Shown piece by piece: positions 51,368 to 64,000 of a DNA stretch of 64,000 bases. The DNA is taken from assembly GCF_006345805.1 (NCBI RefSeq), contig NW_021833586.1:1-64000 (forward strand), read 5' to 3'. This stretch comes from Octopus sinensis. Taxonomy: Eukaryota. The notes under the pieces are model-generated. The model saw nothing but the letters and a program-made list of their open reading frames with translations, did no database searches and was not told where the DNA came from. The translations under genes and the position numbers were made by a program. Every line of letters starts with the position of its first letter. Position 1 is the first letter of the stretch.

Positions 51368-51563
51368 ATATTAAGAGTTATCGCCAAGCTAATATGGCAG
51401 TCCAGAAAAATAGGACGAATGCTGCCGTTGATGAGGTTCACGAGATCATCGCACAAACCTAGCTAGAGGCGATGACCTCTTGGAGCTAATCAACGGCAAC
51501 ATTCGTCCTATTTTTCTGGACTGCCATGTTAGCTTGGCGATAACTATTAATATCCAGTATCGC
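51368..51563. repeat. Inverted repeat with ~65-bp arms (MITE or fold-back remnant)
   Basis: ...GTTATCGCCAAGCTAATATGGCAGTCCAGAAAAATAGGACGAATG.TGCCGTTGAT and its reverse complement at ~51499-51555. The spacer contains TCATCGC/GCGATGA. Confidence 0.85.
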
Positions 51564-51642
51564 TGCCGTAGTCTCCTTTAGAGAGAATTAGAAATAACGA
51601 TATTTTTATAACATATATTAATTTATACATTATATATATATA

Positions 51643-51957
51643 GAGCGGGGGCTACTAATCCCAAGGTTCCGAGTTCGATTCCAGGCAGTGACCTGAATAA
51701 TAAAATAATAATGATAACAACAACAACAAAAACAACAACAGCAACAACAAAAGCAATAACAACAACAACAACATCAAAAATACTTTAGAATTGAGAACCC
51801 AGGTACGAAATTTACCCTAAGACACCTGATGAAGGCTGAAAGGTATATCAGCCGAAACGTTGTGTTAACAACACAGAAGATGGGGACAAATATCCGTCGA
51901 ATGTAACTAATGTAAATACTGTACATAAATCCTCATCTCTTAAATATAGAACTGTAT
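51643..51957 (+). mobile_element. tRNA-like head plus (AAC)n plus hammerhead element
   Basis: GGGCTACTAATCCC anticodon-arm-like sequence and GTTCGATTCC B-box (51673-51682), then an (AAT/AAC)n tract, then a hammerhead at 51821-51866. Confidence 0.55.
51821..51866 (+). ncRNA. Minimal type I hammerhead ribozyme
   Basis: GACAC-CTGATGA-A-GGCTGA(AAGGTATA)TCAGCC-GAAACGT-T-GTGTT. Helix III is the loopless palindrome ACGT and the cleavage triplet is GUU (T51861). Confidence 0.8.
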
Positions 51958-52589
51958 TCGATAAAACAGTCCTTCCCGCTATGCAAATTAAATAAAATTT
52001 GGGATTTTTACGTATGGTGAAAATGGTAACAAAAACAGGACAGTGAGAACGAAACAGTAAAAACAAATGGTGAGGACGATGTGAAGTGGTGAACGCTGGA
52101 AAAAAGATATTTCAGAAAAGACAGATAAATTCGAAACGCAGAGTAGATAAAACGTGGACAACTGATGAAGGGAATGGTCTTAATGTTGCATGTCTCGTTT
52201 CTCTTTTTGTTTTTTTTTCGTTGTTCGAAAAGAAGTTCGTTTTCTATGTTTCCGTTTTTTTATGTTCTCGTTTCTCATTCTGTCTACGTTTTGTTTTTAT
52301 GTCCTGTGTTCATATATGCATGTATATATACATATATATGTAGGTACGTACATATATGTATGTATATATACGGTGCTGAGAGGGACAAACGCAGACACAA
52401 ACACATATATGTGTGTGTGTGTCTATATATATGTATATGTGTATGTATGTATCTGTGTGTGTATGTGTGTGTGTGTATAAACCCTTCAACAAAGTAACAG
52501 TCATGTGTACAACTTGAACAGACACATATCAGTACATAAACATACGCTCACATGTACATATACAGGTACACACATACAGACGCGTCTAC

Positions 52590-53040
52590 ATACTTATCTA
52601 AATACTCTCTCCAACGCCGCCGGAAGCGCCACACCATTTGTGTGATGTGGAAAATATTCCATCAATATTGCACAAATAATGTTGGCATAAATTTTAAAAT
52701 CCATCCAAGATTTGGCCCCCGTGCTATCCATCCACTACAAAAATTGAACTTCGGGACACATAACAACATTACGTCACAACTACTTTACCTCAACAGGTCC
52801 GGCTCTCTTTAATACCATACCAAAACACGTCAAAACGGAAACGGATCTCATAAAATTCAAAAGTTCACCGAACAAATTTCTTCAAAAAAGCCCGGACCAA
52901 ACTCTTACACCCGGATAAACAATAATAGCTCTTTGCTAGAACGGGCCATGGTGCCCCATATATGACTAAAAGACTTCACCAGGTGGTGCTCTTAAGTTAG
53001 ATATAGCCTGGGCCTATACTGGCCGAAGCCTATCAAAGTT
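52590..53040 (+). mobile_element. CR1-type LINE 3' fragment (related subfamily)
   Basis: YSLQRRRKRHTICVMWKIFHQYCTNNVGINFKIHPRFGPRAIHP matches the 45535-45840 translation. The 3' UTR ends GGTGGTGCTCTTAAGTTAGAT... Confidence 0.85.
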
Positions 53041-53041
53041 A

Positions 53042-53090
<49 letters not shown>

Positions 53091-53172
53091 TATATATATT
53101 TATACGTATTTTGCCATGGCAAAAATACGTCACGTTGTGTTACCGCTACTGTATATAACTCACATTGATATT

Positions 53173-53215
<43 letters not shown>

Positions 53216-53590
53216 ATATATATATAATATATATATATACATACAGACATAGATATTTACATGTAAACAGATACAGTTACGCCCAAATAAATATATATTC
53301 TATACATATCTATACATGTATATATATATATATGTATATATATATATACATATATATATATGCATGTATATACACACACACATACGCATGCATGCAAGCA
53401 TAATATATGTACGTATGTATGTATGCTTGTGTCTAGGTATTCTTTTATTCTTGTATTTGTTTCAGTCATCTAACTGTGGTCATGCTGGAGGACCGCTTTT
53501 AGTCGACCAAATTGACCCTAGGACTTATTCTATGTGTTTTTTTGGGGGTCAGTTGTCAAGCGATGACAGGGGAACAAGTGCAGGCACACA

Positions 53591-53636
<46 letters not shown>

Positions 53637-55082
53637 TTAATATATATATATATACGACGGGCTTCTTTCAGTCTCCCTCTACCAAATCCACTCACATGGC
53701 TTTGGTCGACCCTAGGCTATAGTAAAAGACACCTGCCCAAGTTGCCAAGCAGCGGGACTGAACCCGGAACTGTGATTGGAAAGCAAGTTTCATACCACGC
53801 AGCCATGCAGCCACGCCTGCGCCTATGTATGTATGTATGTATGTATGTATGTATGTATGTATGTATGTATGTATGTATGTATGTATGTATGTATGTATAT
53901 GCACACACTCATTATACAATTATACTTACATAAAACATGCACACAGAAATATATACATACGAAAATTAAATAGGTGCATACATACATATATGCATGTATA
54001 CATATATACACCCATATTGCCTCTCTTATTTATGAAATCATATAAAAGCCACAGATGGAAAAACTGGAACTGTATAGGTAGCTTTCCGGTGGAACGGCTC
54101 CTCGTTATATATCCCACACTCTGCCTCTGGTGCTATATGCTGTCACGTATGCGATAGCTCTTAAAGCATTCTGTACTCATTTACCTAGCTGTAATTACGA
54201 GTCAGCGAGGGTTCCAATTTGTGGTCATTAGACCTGCTAGAAATAGCAGCTAAATCTCTCTACCATTTTAATAGTGTGAAAAGCGTATTTTACTATGTGG
54301 TTCCATAAGAGGTGATGGTCGTGGTTGAATTGTGTTTCTTTATATGCTGTGCTCGCTCAGATGCTTAGATGAAGACTCCAGCTACAAAAACAATAAAAGT
54401 AGTAGCAATAAGAACAACAAACCATTCTGTGGAATTGCTGATGATGGATCCTGTATGTGGTCGCTCATTCTGTCAGAAATAGCAGTCAAATCTAATTCAC
54501 ATAACACACAGCACCTAGAGAAAAGGAAGGAGGAATGTATCCATGGTGGACGGAACGCTTTTGACCGCAAGTCTGCTCGATGTGTGTTGACCTGGGGCTA
54601 AATTGCAAAAGCAGCAGCAGCAATTTAACTAAATATAAGCTAACGAAGGAGTCTCTGCATATTCATACGAACTTCTAAAATTAGCAGCCAAATGTCCTTA
54701 AAATCAGGCCAATCTGTCTTCATAAAATGGAACAACACGTTAGGCAGACATCTTTGGATATAGAAAAGAACCCTAATAAACAAGATGGTCACGGAAGTAA
54801 TGTCTAATGTCATAGGTTTCCGCTCGATCAGAGCAAACCTGGAATTAAACATCTACAACATAATGATCTTTTTGGTATCAATGTATGTAAACTCAGGGCG
54901 ACCTCTCGGTCTGTTGGAAATAGTAGTCAAATCTCCTTTATATTAGCCCCCTACTGTCTTGACAAATGAAACGTAATAAATAACAAAAGAAATCGAATAT
55001 ATGGGTGGGGTCAGCTGGGGGTTTAGTCCTACTTTTACAAAAAAAAATTTGATCTACATATACATGCACAAATATATGCAAA

Positions 55083-55800
55083 CACAAACATATAGTGTAT
55101 GCCCGCAGGTGCATACACACAGTCATATATACAAACATACATATATACATACATACATGCATACATACATACATACATACATACATGCATACATGCATAC
55201 ATACATACATACATACACATACATACATACGTACATACGTACATACATACATACATGCATACATACATACATGCATACATACATGCATACATACATACAT
55301 ACATGCATACATACACGTACATACATATATGCATACATACATACATACATACATACATACATAACATACAACATACATACATACATACATACATACATAC
55401 ATACATGCATACGTGCATGCATACATACATACATACATACAAACATACATACATACATACATACATACATACATACATACATACATACATACATACAAAC
55501 ATACATACATACATACATACATACATACATGCATACATACATGCATACGTGCATGCATACATACATACATACATACATACATACATACAGCATACATGCA
55601 TACATACATCATACATGCATACATGCACAACATACATGCATACATGCATACATACATACATACATACATACATACAATACATACATACATGCATACATAC
55701 ATGCATACGTGCATGCATACATACATACATACATACATACATACATACATACATACATACATACATGCATACATACATACATACATACATACATACAAAC
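55083..55800. repeat. (TACA)n/(TGCA) tetranucleotide microsatellite, about 720 bp
   Basis: Directly visible. Confidence 0.97.
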
Positions 55801-56952
55801 ATAGTCCTAAATCAACCCGAAATAAAGTACATAAATTCAGTTGAACGAAGAAGCTGATTAACTATGACTTTAGATATTGAATCTTAAAAGAACTTGATAC
55901 TCTGCTCTGTATTTTCTATGCTGAGTTAATTTTCCGATAATTTAAATATACGCTTGACCAGAGAGGGAAGAATGGAAAAAATAAATAAATGAAAATGATA
56001 TAACGGACGCTAAGCCATTAGAGTTATTTCCCCTGAATCAGATATCTCATCGCAGGTTAAAAATTGCAAACCGCGACAAAAAGGCTAAGATTAAAAAACA
56101 AATTAAATGAACGTATGAATAAAAGAACGAATTTTAATGAACAAGGTGTGAATGATATAGCTGGCAGAAACGTTAGCACGCCGGGCGAAATGCGTAGCCG
56201 TATTTCGTCTACCGTTACGTTCTGAGTTCAAATTCCGCCGAGGTCGACTTTGCCTTTCATCCTTTCGGGGTCGATGAATTAAGTACCAGTTACGCATTGG
56301 GTTCGATGTAATCGACTTAATCCGTTTGTCTGTCCTTGTTTGTCTCCTCTGTGTTTAGCCCCTTGTGGGTAGTAAAGAAATAGATATATATATATTCTTT
56401 TAGTCTTTTATTTTTTTCGGTCATTTGACTGCGGCAATGCTCGAGTACCTTAAATTCGAAGAAATCGACCCCAGATTTTATTCACTGGTTCACAGGGTGG
56501 GTTGGGGAACAAACACAGACACAAAGACACGCATATACAGACACATATATATATAAATATATACGACGGGCTTCATTTAGTTTCTGTCTACGAAATCCAC
56601 TCACAAGGCCTTGGTCGACTCAGGGCTATAGTAGAAGACTCTTGCCCTAGGTGCAACGCTGTGTGACTGAACCTAGAACCATGTGGCTGGGAAGCAAGCT
56701 TCTTACCACACAGCCACGCCTGATGTTTTCTTTAGTATTTCTATAATCGGCAACAGTTGCGAAGTAGAAGTTGTAACTTTTGTCGATAAAAATGTTTTAA
56801 AAAATATACGTATATACCAATTCCACGTAGATACACGCCTTTATATATGAGTGTAGGTATGTGTGTGTATGCACAAATATGTATATGTGTAAATATATAT
56901 ATATATACATATATATATATACATATATATATATGTATATATATAAATACAC

Positions 56953-56984
<32 letters not shown>

Positions 56985-57672
56985 TATATATATATGCGGG
57001 TATGTGTTTACTCGTGTGTATGGATGTACACATACTCACACACGCATGCGTGCGCACGCGCACACACATACATATATATCTACAAGATTAGGGACTAGAG
57101 TACATATGTTTCGATCCTAGCAGAACCTCGGAAGTAGTAATTACCCAAACGAGAGATAATCCGCTAGCAACTTGTCGGGCCAAAGAACCCTTAGTCAAAT
57201 GAAGTTTACGTTGTCCTCAAGGGATCACAGGACGACAATGTCAACTCCATTCCCTAATTTTGGATTTGTTTTTTGTTTTTTTTCGCATACGCAGCAACCA
57301 AGTTGCTAACAGTGAACTATGAAAGCCGTCGGAAAACCGATTATAGCAGCGACTCCATTTAAGAATATCTGAAGAAGGAATTTTATTCCGAAATATCATC
57401 GTACTATGGATAACTAAATATGAAATATCTTGTTTCAGCTTATCGAACTTCGATATGAGAATATCGAAGTTCGATATTCCCATATAGTCAATAAACCATT
57501 ATTGTTCGTGAAGTTTTTTTTTTATCCTTCTACGGTTTTCTCGAACCTTACTAACTTCCTACACTTTGATTCTTGGATCATACCTTTACATACATACATA
57601 CGTACATACATACATTCATACATACATACATGCATACATACAAACACTTACATACATACATGCATACATACA

Positions 57673-58367
<695 letters not shown>

Positions 58368-58591
58368 TATGTGTGTGTTGTGTGTGTGTGTGTGTGTGTG
58401 TGTGTATGATTGGCTTTGTATCATTGGCCTGAAGATGAACCTGTGTTATACACTCCGCTTGGATATTTAACTCTTCTGAGGCTCCACTCGCTATGGAACA
58501 TATGTAGCCCAGATCTTATCAACTCCATTCCTTAACACTTGTATATGTATATATTATACGAAGAATAGAAAACACACAATACTTTCTTTTT

Positions 58592-58720
58592 TCCTACAGC
58601 TGTTTCGATAAATCATACGAGAACATTGCTAAATGGATAATGTAAAGTGCATAAATATTAGTTTTAGTTGTGAACTGATTTAAATTTAGTTAACTGAGTT
58701 AAAATTTACTTCATCAGGAA
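58592..58720 (-). ncRNA. Probable type I hammerhead ribozyme with a long helix II insert
   Basis: Minus strand TTC-CTGATGA-AGTAAAT...ATTTATC-GAAACAGCTGT-A-GGA. The core is intact and helix III is the palindrome ACAGCTGT. Helix I is only 3 bp and the base of helix II is imperfect. Confidence 0.5.
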
Positions 58721-58760
58721 TGTTTCTGAAATACGAAGACAAAATCACTGATGCTGGTAT

Positions 58761-59148
58761 GGATGGAAGCACTCCGTCGGTTACGACGACGAGGGTTCCG
58801 GTTGATCCGAATCAATGGAACAGCCTGCTCGTGAAATTAACGTGTAAGTGGCTGAGCACTCCACAGACACGTGTACCCTTAACGTAGTTCTCGGGGATAT
58901 TCAGCGTGACGCAGAGAGTGACAAGGCCGGCCCTTTGAAATACAGGTACAACGGAAACAGGAAGTAAGAGTGAGAGAAAGTTGTGGTGGAAGAGTACAGC
59001 AGGGATCACCACCATCCCCTGCCGGAGCATCGTGGAGCTTTAGGTGTTTTCGTTCAATAAACACTCACAACGCCCGGTCTGGGAATCGAAACCGCGATCC
59101 TATGACCACGAGTCCGCTGCCCTAACCACTGGGCCATTGCGCCTCCAC
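58761..59148 (-). mobile_element. Intact family C SINE with a target-site duplication
   Basis: TSD TGATGCTGGTAT at 58749-58760 and 59149-59160. A-box-like (TGGCCCAGTGG) and B-box-like (GGTTTCGATTCCC) motifs are present. Confidence 0.92.
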
Positions 59149-59174
59149 TGATGCTGGTATACATACGTACGAAT

Positions 59175-59450
59175 CGAGGTAAAAAATGTTACAAGTAAAA
59201 AAGGTCACAGGAAAAATAGTCACGGTAAAAAAGCCGCAGGAAAAAATGTCACAGGAGTTTGTCCAGGGTTGGGGAGATCCGAGGGGGTTTTGTCTGGATC
59301 CTATAAATGAATTATGATTTTTTTCCTGTGACTTTATTACCGATCACCATAAATTAATCGTAACTTTTTTTCCTGTGACTTTTTTTCCTCACCAAAATTT
59401 GTCACTTTATTACTGTGACTTTTTTTCCTACGATTTTATTACCGGTCATC
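59175..59450. mobile_element. DNA-transposon-like end with inverted clusters of short subterminal repeats
   Basis: AAAA..GTCACAGG units at 59175-59257 are mirrored by CCTGTGACTTT units at 59320-59450. The superfamily could not be assigned. Confidence 0.45.
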
Positions 59451-60499
59451 ATACATACATGCATGATTTCTAAATTTTCTTTATCTCCGTATTGTGAGTC
59501 TTCATGACGGTCAATGAGATGCTGGATGGTATCGCGAGATTGCGATTGCATTTCATTTACAGTGAATCTCTGCTGTGAGATCCCATGACTAACAAGCAAC
59601 AAGAACATGTACAGTACTTGTACTATCATGCGGAGAGCGAAAGAATATGATGATTTGGAATAGACTATTTCTCTGAAAGAAATGACTTTTTCAGTTGTTT
59701 AAATCAAATCTTCTTTTATTAGGTACATCGGCATAAAAGGACAATATCCTGCTGTCATTGTTTTTTGTTGTTTTTTTTGGTTTATTTTTGCCTTTTTTTT
59801 TTGGTAAAAGCTCAGTCCAGAAACATTAAGTGCTACTTCTCCAAACGGTATATACTCTTATCCAAATTTCCATACTTCACTCTTTAATCAGAATATGTTG
59901 GAAAAGTTTTTGCGAGTCCTAAATGTACATAATTCACAATAATTAAAGTACGTTAGGAAAGGAATGAGGGGTCCAAACTCACAGGGCCCACTAATTAAAT
60001 TATATTAGAAAATGAATAAAGTCAACAACCTCATATATTTCACAATATAATAAAAAAATATCGTAAGAAAAGAGTGAAAACCTCAAACTCGCATGATTCA
60101 TTCTAAGGAAGAGAAGTTTAAACTTTCGAATCATCGTTGAGTCCGCTTCAAATATAACTTATTTGTTGTTGTTGCTGCTGTTGATTTTGAACCCAGGTAC
60201 CTGCTATTCAAGTCGTTCATTCTCTTATATATACGTATACATGAGAATTGGTCTTGGGTTTGAAAATCTGTATATGTATATATGTATGTACATAAATATG
60301 TGTGCATATTATGTATATATGTGTTTATGAATGTATGTGTCTATATATATATGGACTGCGATGGACTGGCGTCCCATTGCAGCTCGGGCGAACACATACG
60401 CCACAGAAACCGGGAAACTGGGTCCATGAGCCTTGCTAGGTTTGAAAAGGGCGCACAAATAAAAAATATATGCATGCAAGTGTATATATATTTTTTATA

Positions 60500-60610
60500 T
60501 ATACATCGTACGGACATACATGCCATTATCATAGATGCATTAGGTTATATACCAACAAATTTGCACAAAAACCTAGAAATACTCGCTTTCACAACGAACA
60601 TAAGGAACTG
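60500..60610 (+). mobile_element. Possible RLE-type non-LTR retrotransposon C-terminal remnant
   Basis: AIIIDALGYIPTNLHKNLEIL resembles the IVIGALGxIPxxL motif at the end of RLE LINE ORFs. The match is short. Confidence 0.4.
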
Positions 60611-61782
60611 AAGCAGATTCTCCAACTCTAGTCTGTTAGAGTCACAGTGAAGATTTGTAAGACAATGGGAAAATTCTCCATGTGAGATTCTTATGTGAAT
60701 AGATGCACACACTTAGGTGTATGCATCGATAGTTCAGTCAACACACCAACTCAGTCTCATATTTGCAAACACGGGGAAATCTTTTAACTCAAAATGTCTT
60801 GCTTTGTGTAGAGAACGGCTTGAACTCTCTCAAGAACTTAAATTAAACTAAAAGAAAAAACATACGTACGCACACATGCACGCATACACACACACATACA
60901 TACATACATACATACATACATACGTACATACATACATACATACATACATACATACATACATACATACATACATACATACATACATACACAGGCTAATGTG
61001 GCTTCTATCTTTTAAGTGGTCGTGTGCTCATGCAGTTTCGAAATGCAATGAATCAAAGTTTGGAAGCCTGTAAACAGTCCATAAAAAAGTTACTATCAAT
61101 CACGACGCTATTGTTCACCAAAAATCATATCAAATAAAAGTAAATAAATAAATATATCACCATAGTTTATCAGAAACAAAAATGAGATTCAAATGTTTTC
61201 AAATGACCAGGCGGCAAAGATCAAAAGACTACGATACGTATCCATTCCAGTGAAAGAGCCAGACACGCTTGGACGCCCTTTTCACTAAGTGGTCAGCTGA
61301 CGATATACTGACCGACTGCAAAGGAGACTTAATTGTGAAAAGTCTCTCTACTTGTTCGCTGCTTGCTAGCACACATCAACAGTATTTTCTCTCTGCCGCC
61401 TCGGAACCCCACCAACTTCCTTCTGTTTTCCCCTCTCCACCTCCCCCGCTGCCATCTCTATCAAGCCCATCTAAACAAACACCCTTTTCTCCCTCCGCTC
61501 TATCATTCTCATCCACATCCATCTAACCTGTTTCAACTCACACCCTTAGAACCTCTTTAAGAGTTTCCCCTTCTTCTCACTTATTTCTCATAAGCCAACA
61601 CCATAACCACCACTATCACTACTGCTGCCACCACCACTACGATCGCCGACGCCGCCACCTACTCCATTTCGCTTCCTTATCAACTGATCCTTAACCGGAT
61701 TTCATGGGTCTCTGTGATCAACAGGGAGCGTGGTTGTTACGGTTGGTGTTAAGTTTATTTTCTCTCCCTCTCCCTCTCTTTC

Positions 61783-61816
<34 letters not shown>

Positions 61817-63280
61817 ATATATTTGTATGTATGTATGTATGTATGTATGTATGTATGTATGTATATGTCTAGCCCTCTCTCATAGCCGTCATATCATGTT
61901 ACCCGTTGCCTGTGAAAGATTTATATCAACTACCAAAACCCCTACACCTGTCCCCTAAAAACCCTTTACGTTCGACTAAATGGCTCCTCGCAATTTTTCG
62001 AAATAAATAAATAAATATACAAATAAATAACAGAAAGACTACACCAAGAAAATGCGTTTCAACGATAATGGTTTCTTTCGAACATAGGCACAAGGCCAAA
62101 ATTTTTTCTTCTAAGGGGTGAGTGAGAGATTTCGACAGTTGAATTTTATCCACCCCGAAACAACAAAATATAAAGTGGAGCCTAGCTGGATTCGAACCTA
62201 GAGCGTAAAGGGACGAAACTAAATGCTATACGTTTATACTGGTACACTAATAACCCTTTCTACTAAAGATACAAGGCCTTAAAGTTTGTGAGAGGGGTGG
62301 ATTAGAACGACCCTAGTGAATAAATAGGACTTAACTTGTTGACACCCAAAGGATAAAAGAGATAGTCGACCTTGGAGGAATTTGAACTCAGGACGCAAAA
62401 AGAGATACCTATTACGCACATTGACCATCTCGTAGCTAAGAATTCATAGACGATAGTATTTTCATATTATTTCTTAGATAAACTGCGGCATTTCTTTCGG
62501 TTATATCCATTGTGAGTTCAAATTCCACCGAGTTCAGCTTTCAATGAATTATCATTTAAAAATATTGTTATTTTATAAACATAGTTTTAGTAACCCGGTT
62601 ATTATTAACTGAATTGGGCTTGTTCTGAGGTAATTTTAATACGAAAAATTGTTACCAAATGATCGTGTGAGGTGTAGAAACATAGGTTGTGCTGCATTGA
62701 TAAAGCCTATGAACTTCCATCTGCAAGTTATCATTGTTATTATATTATATTCATAAAGGCGGCGAGCCGGCGGAATCGTTAGCACGCCGGGCGAAATGCG
62801 TAGCCGTATTTTGTCTGCCGTTACGTTCTAAGTTCAAATTCCGCCGAGGTGGACTTTGCTTTTCCTCCTTTCGGGATCGATTAAATAAGAACCAGTTACG
62901 CACTGGGGTCGATACAATCGACTTAATCCATTTGTTTGTCCCCTCTGTGTGTAGGTATTTCATCTGCCGCTATTTTCTGAGTTCAAATTCCGCCGAGGTC
63001 GACTTTGCTTTTCATCCTTTCGGGTCGATTAAATAAATACCAGTTACGAACTGGGGTCGATGTAATCGACTACCCCGTCGCCCAACTTTCAGGCCTTATG
63101 CCCATTGTCGAAAGGGCTATCATAATATATTTATCCTAAGCTGAAAGGAGTTCCACGGGTCAACCCATGCCATTGCCCCCGGGAAATGGAATTAACAGGT
63201 AATAGCCGACAAGAAACATATAAACTTATAAGAGAGCATTAAGTGTCTTTTCCCCAAATTAAACTAAATGGACGGATATA

Positions 63281-63525
63281 CAGGGCTATTCAAAAGAATG
63301 AACCGATTTCATTATGCAATAAGGGAAAGCAATAGAAAACTCCAGGTAACTCACAATCAACATTTATTTCCTCTCTTACAAGTTTTCAATGTGACCACCA
63401 CCTGCAGCACGGGCAATATCAATGCAGTAAAAGAATTCCTCCCAGACACTCTTTGTGCTTGGCCAGCGAGATCTCCAGACCTAACCGTATGTGATATTTT
63501 CTTGAGGGTACATCGAAGGTGAGTG
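63281..63525 (+). mobile_element. Internally deleted Tc1/mariner-superfamily element
   Basis: TA|CAGGGCTATTCAAAAGAATG terminal repeat-like start. WPARSPDLTVCDIF (from 63460) matches the catalytic WP.RSPDL.P.DFF motif. Confidence 0.75.
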
Positions 63526-64000
63526 GTAGCAGTGGAACATAAACGCGATCTTTTACATATATGTGATCCGGACAACCCCACCCCACCGGATAAAGACTCT
63601 TCGGACAAAACCTCCTCGGGTTGGGGTGTTGCGCTCACTAATGCGAGACTCTGATTTGAATTCTTGAACAGGGTAGTGCGTGGTGTTCTTGAGCAAAAAT
63701 CTTCATCTCATGCTGGTCTTCGATCATATCAACAGCTGAAGTGTTGCAACCTGTACACTTGGTTCAGGCAGCGTCAATTTGATAGGAGTGAACGAATGTA
63801 TAGCACAATTATTTGATCCCTGTAAACAAATAATTTGTGCAGGTATTTCGACTAAGGGCGAATTGAATTACATATATATGGATGGATGGATGGATGGATG
63901 GACTGATGTCAATTCCTTAACCCATGAGTAAAGGAAAAGCACTACAGTCCTAGGAGGAAGGGTACCACCTTCAAACCATGTGTCTTTCCTCACTGACACA

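Noticed and set aside
54938-55857. ORFs rich in MYVC/HTYI, and similar YI/VC ORFs throughout
   Set aside because: Translations of TA, TG and TACA microsatellites.

Overview
Eukaryotic, AT-rich DNA saturated with microsatellites and SINEs. The repeat style suggests a coleoid cephalopod (octopus-like), which is an inference. There is one supportable host gene: a two-exon central-class Hox gene on the + strand. Its hexapeptide exon (IFPWM) ends at 17105, an 8455-bp phase-1 GT-AG intron follows, and the homeodomain exon starts at 25561. The homeodomain is divergent and has both Hox4/Dfd-like and Hox5/Scr-like traits. A tRNA-derived SINE at 26091-~26473 sits inside the last coding exon and supplies the last 8 residues and the stop. 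It is bounded by GT...AG, and removing it would restore an in-frame, stop-free ~70-codon Q/H-rich tail. The second theme is a dense set of type I hammerhead ribozyme motifs, found by eye in unrelated short repeats: about 7 well formed and several decayed. They include core variants (U4C, U4G, a compensatory G3-C8 swap, a possible U3-A8) and fold-back, partial-tandem architectures typical of Penelope-like pseudo-LTRs or retrozymes. The rest is three SINE families, RTE and CR1-type LINE fragments, Tc1/mariner remnants, a 3.7-kb 23-bp minisatellite inside a SINE, a 7.3-kb 28-bp (GGTT)-derived minisatellite and a 78-bp ACC-rich array. Almost all long ORFs in the track are stop-free repeat artefacts. 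All alignments and folds were done by eye.
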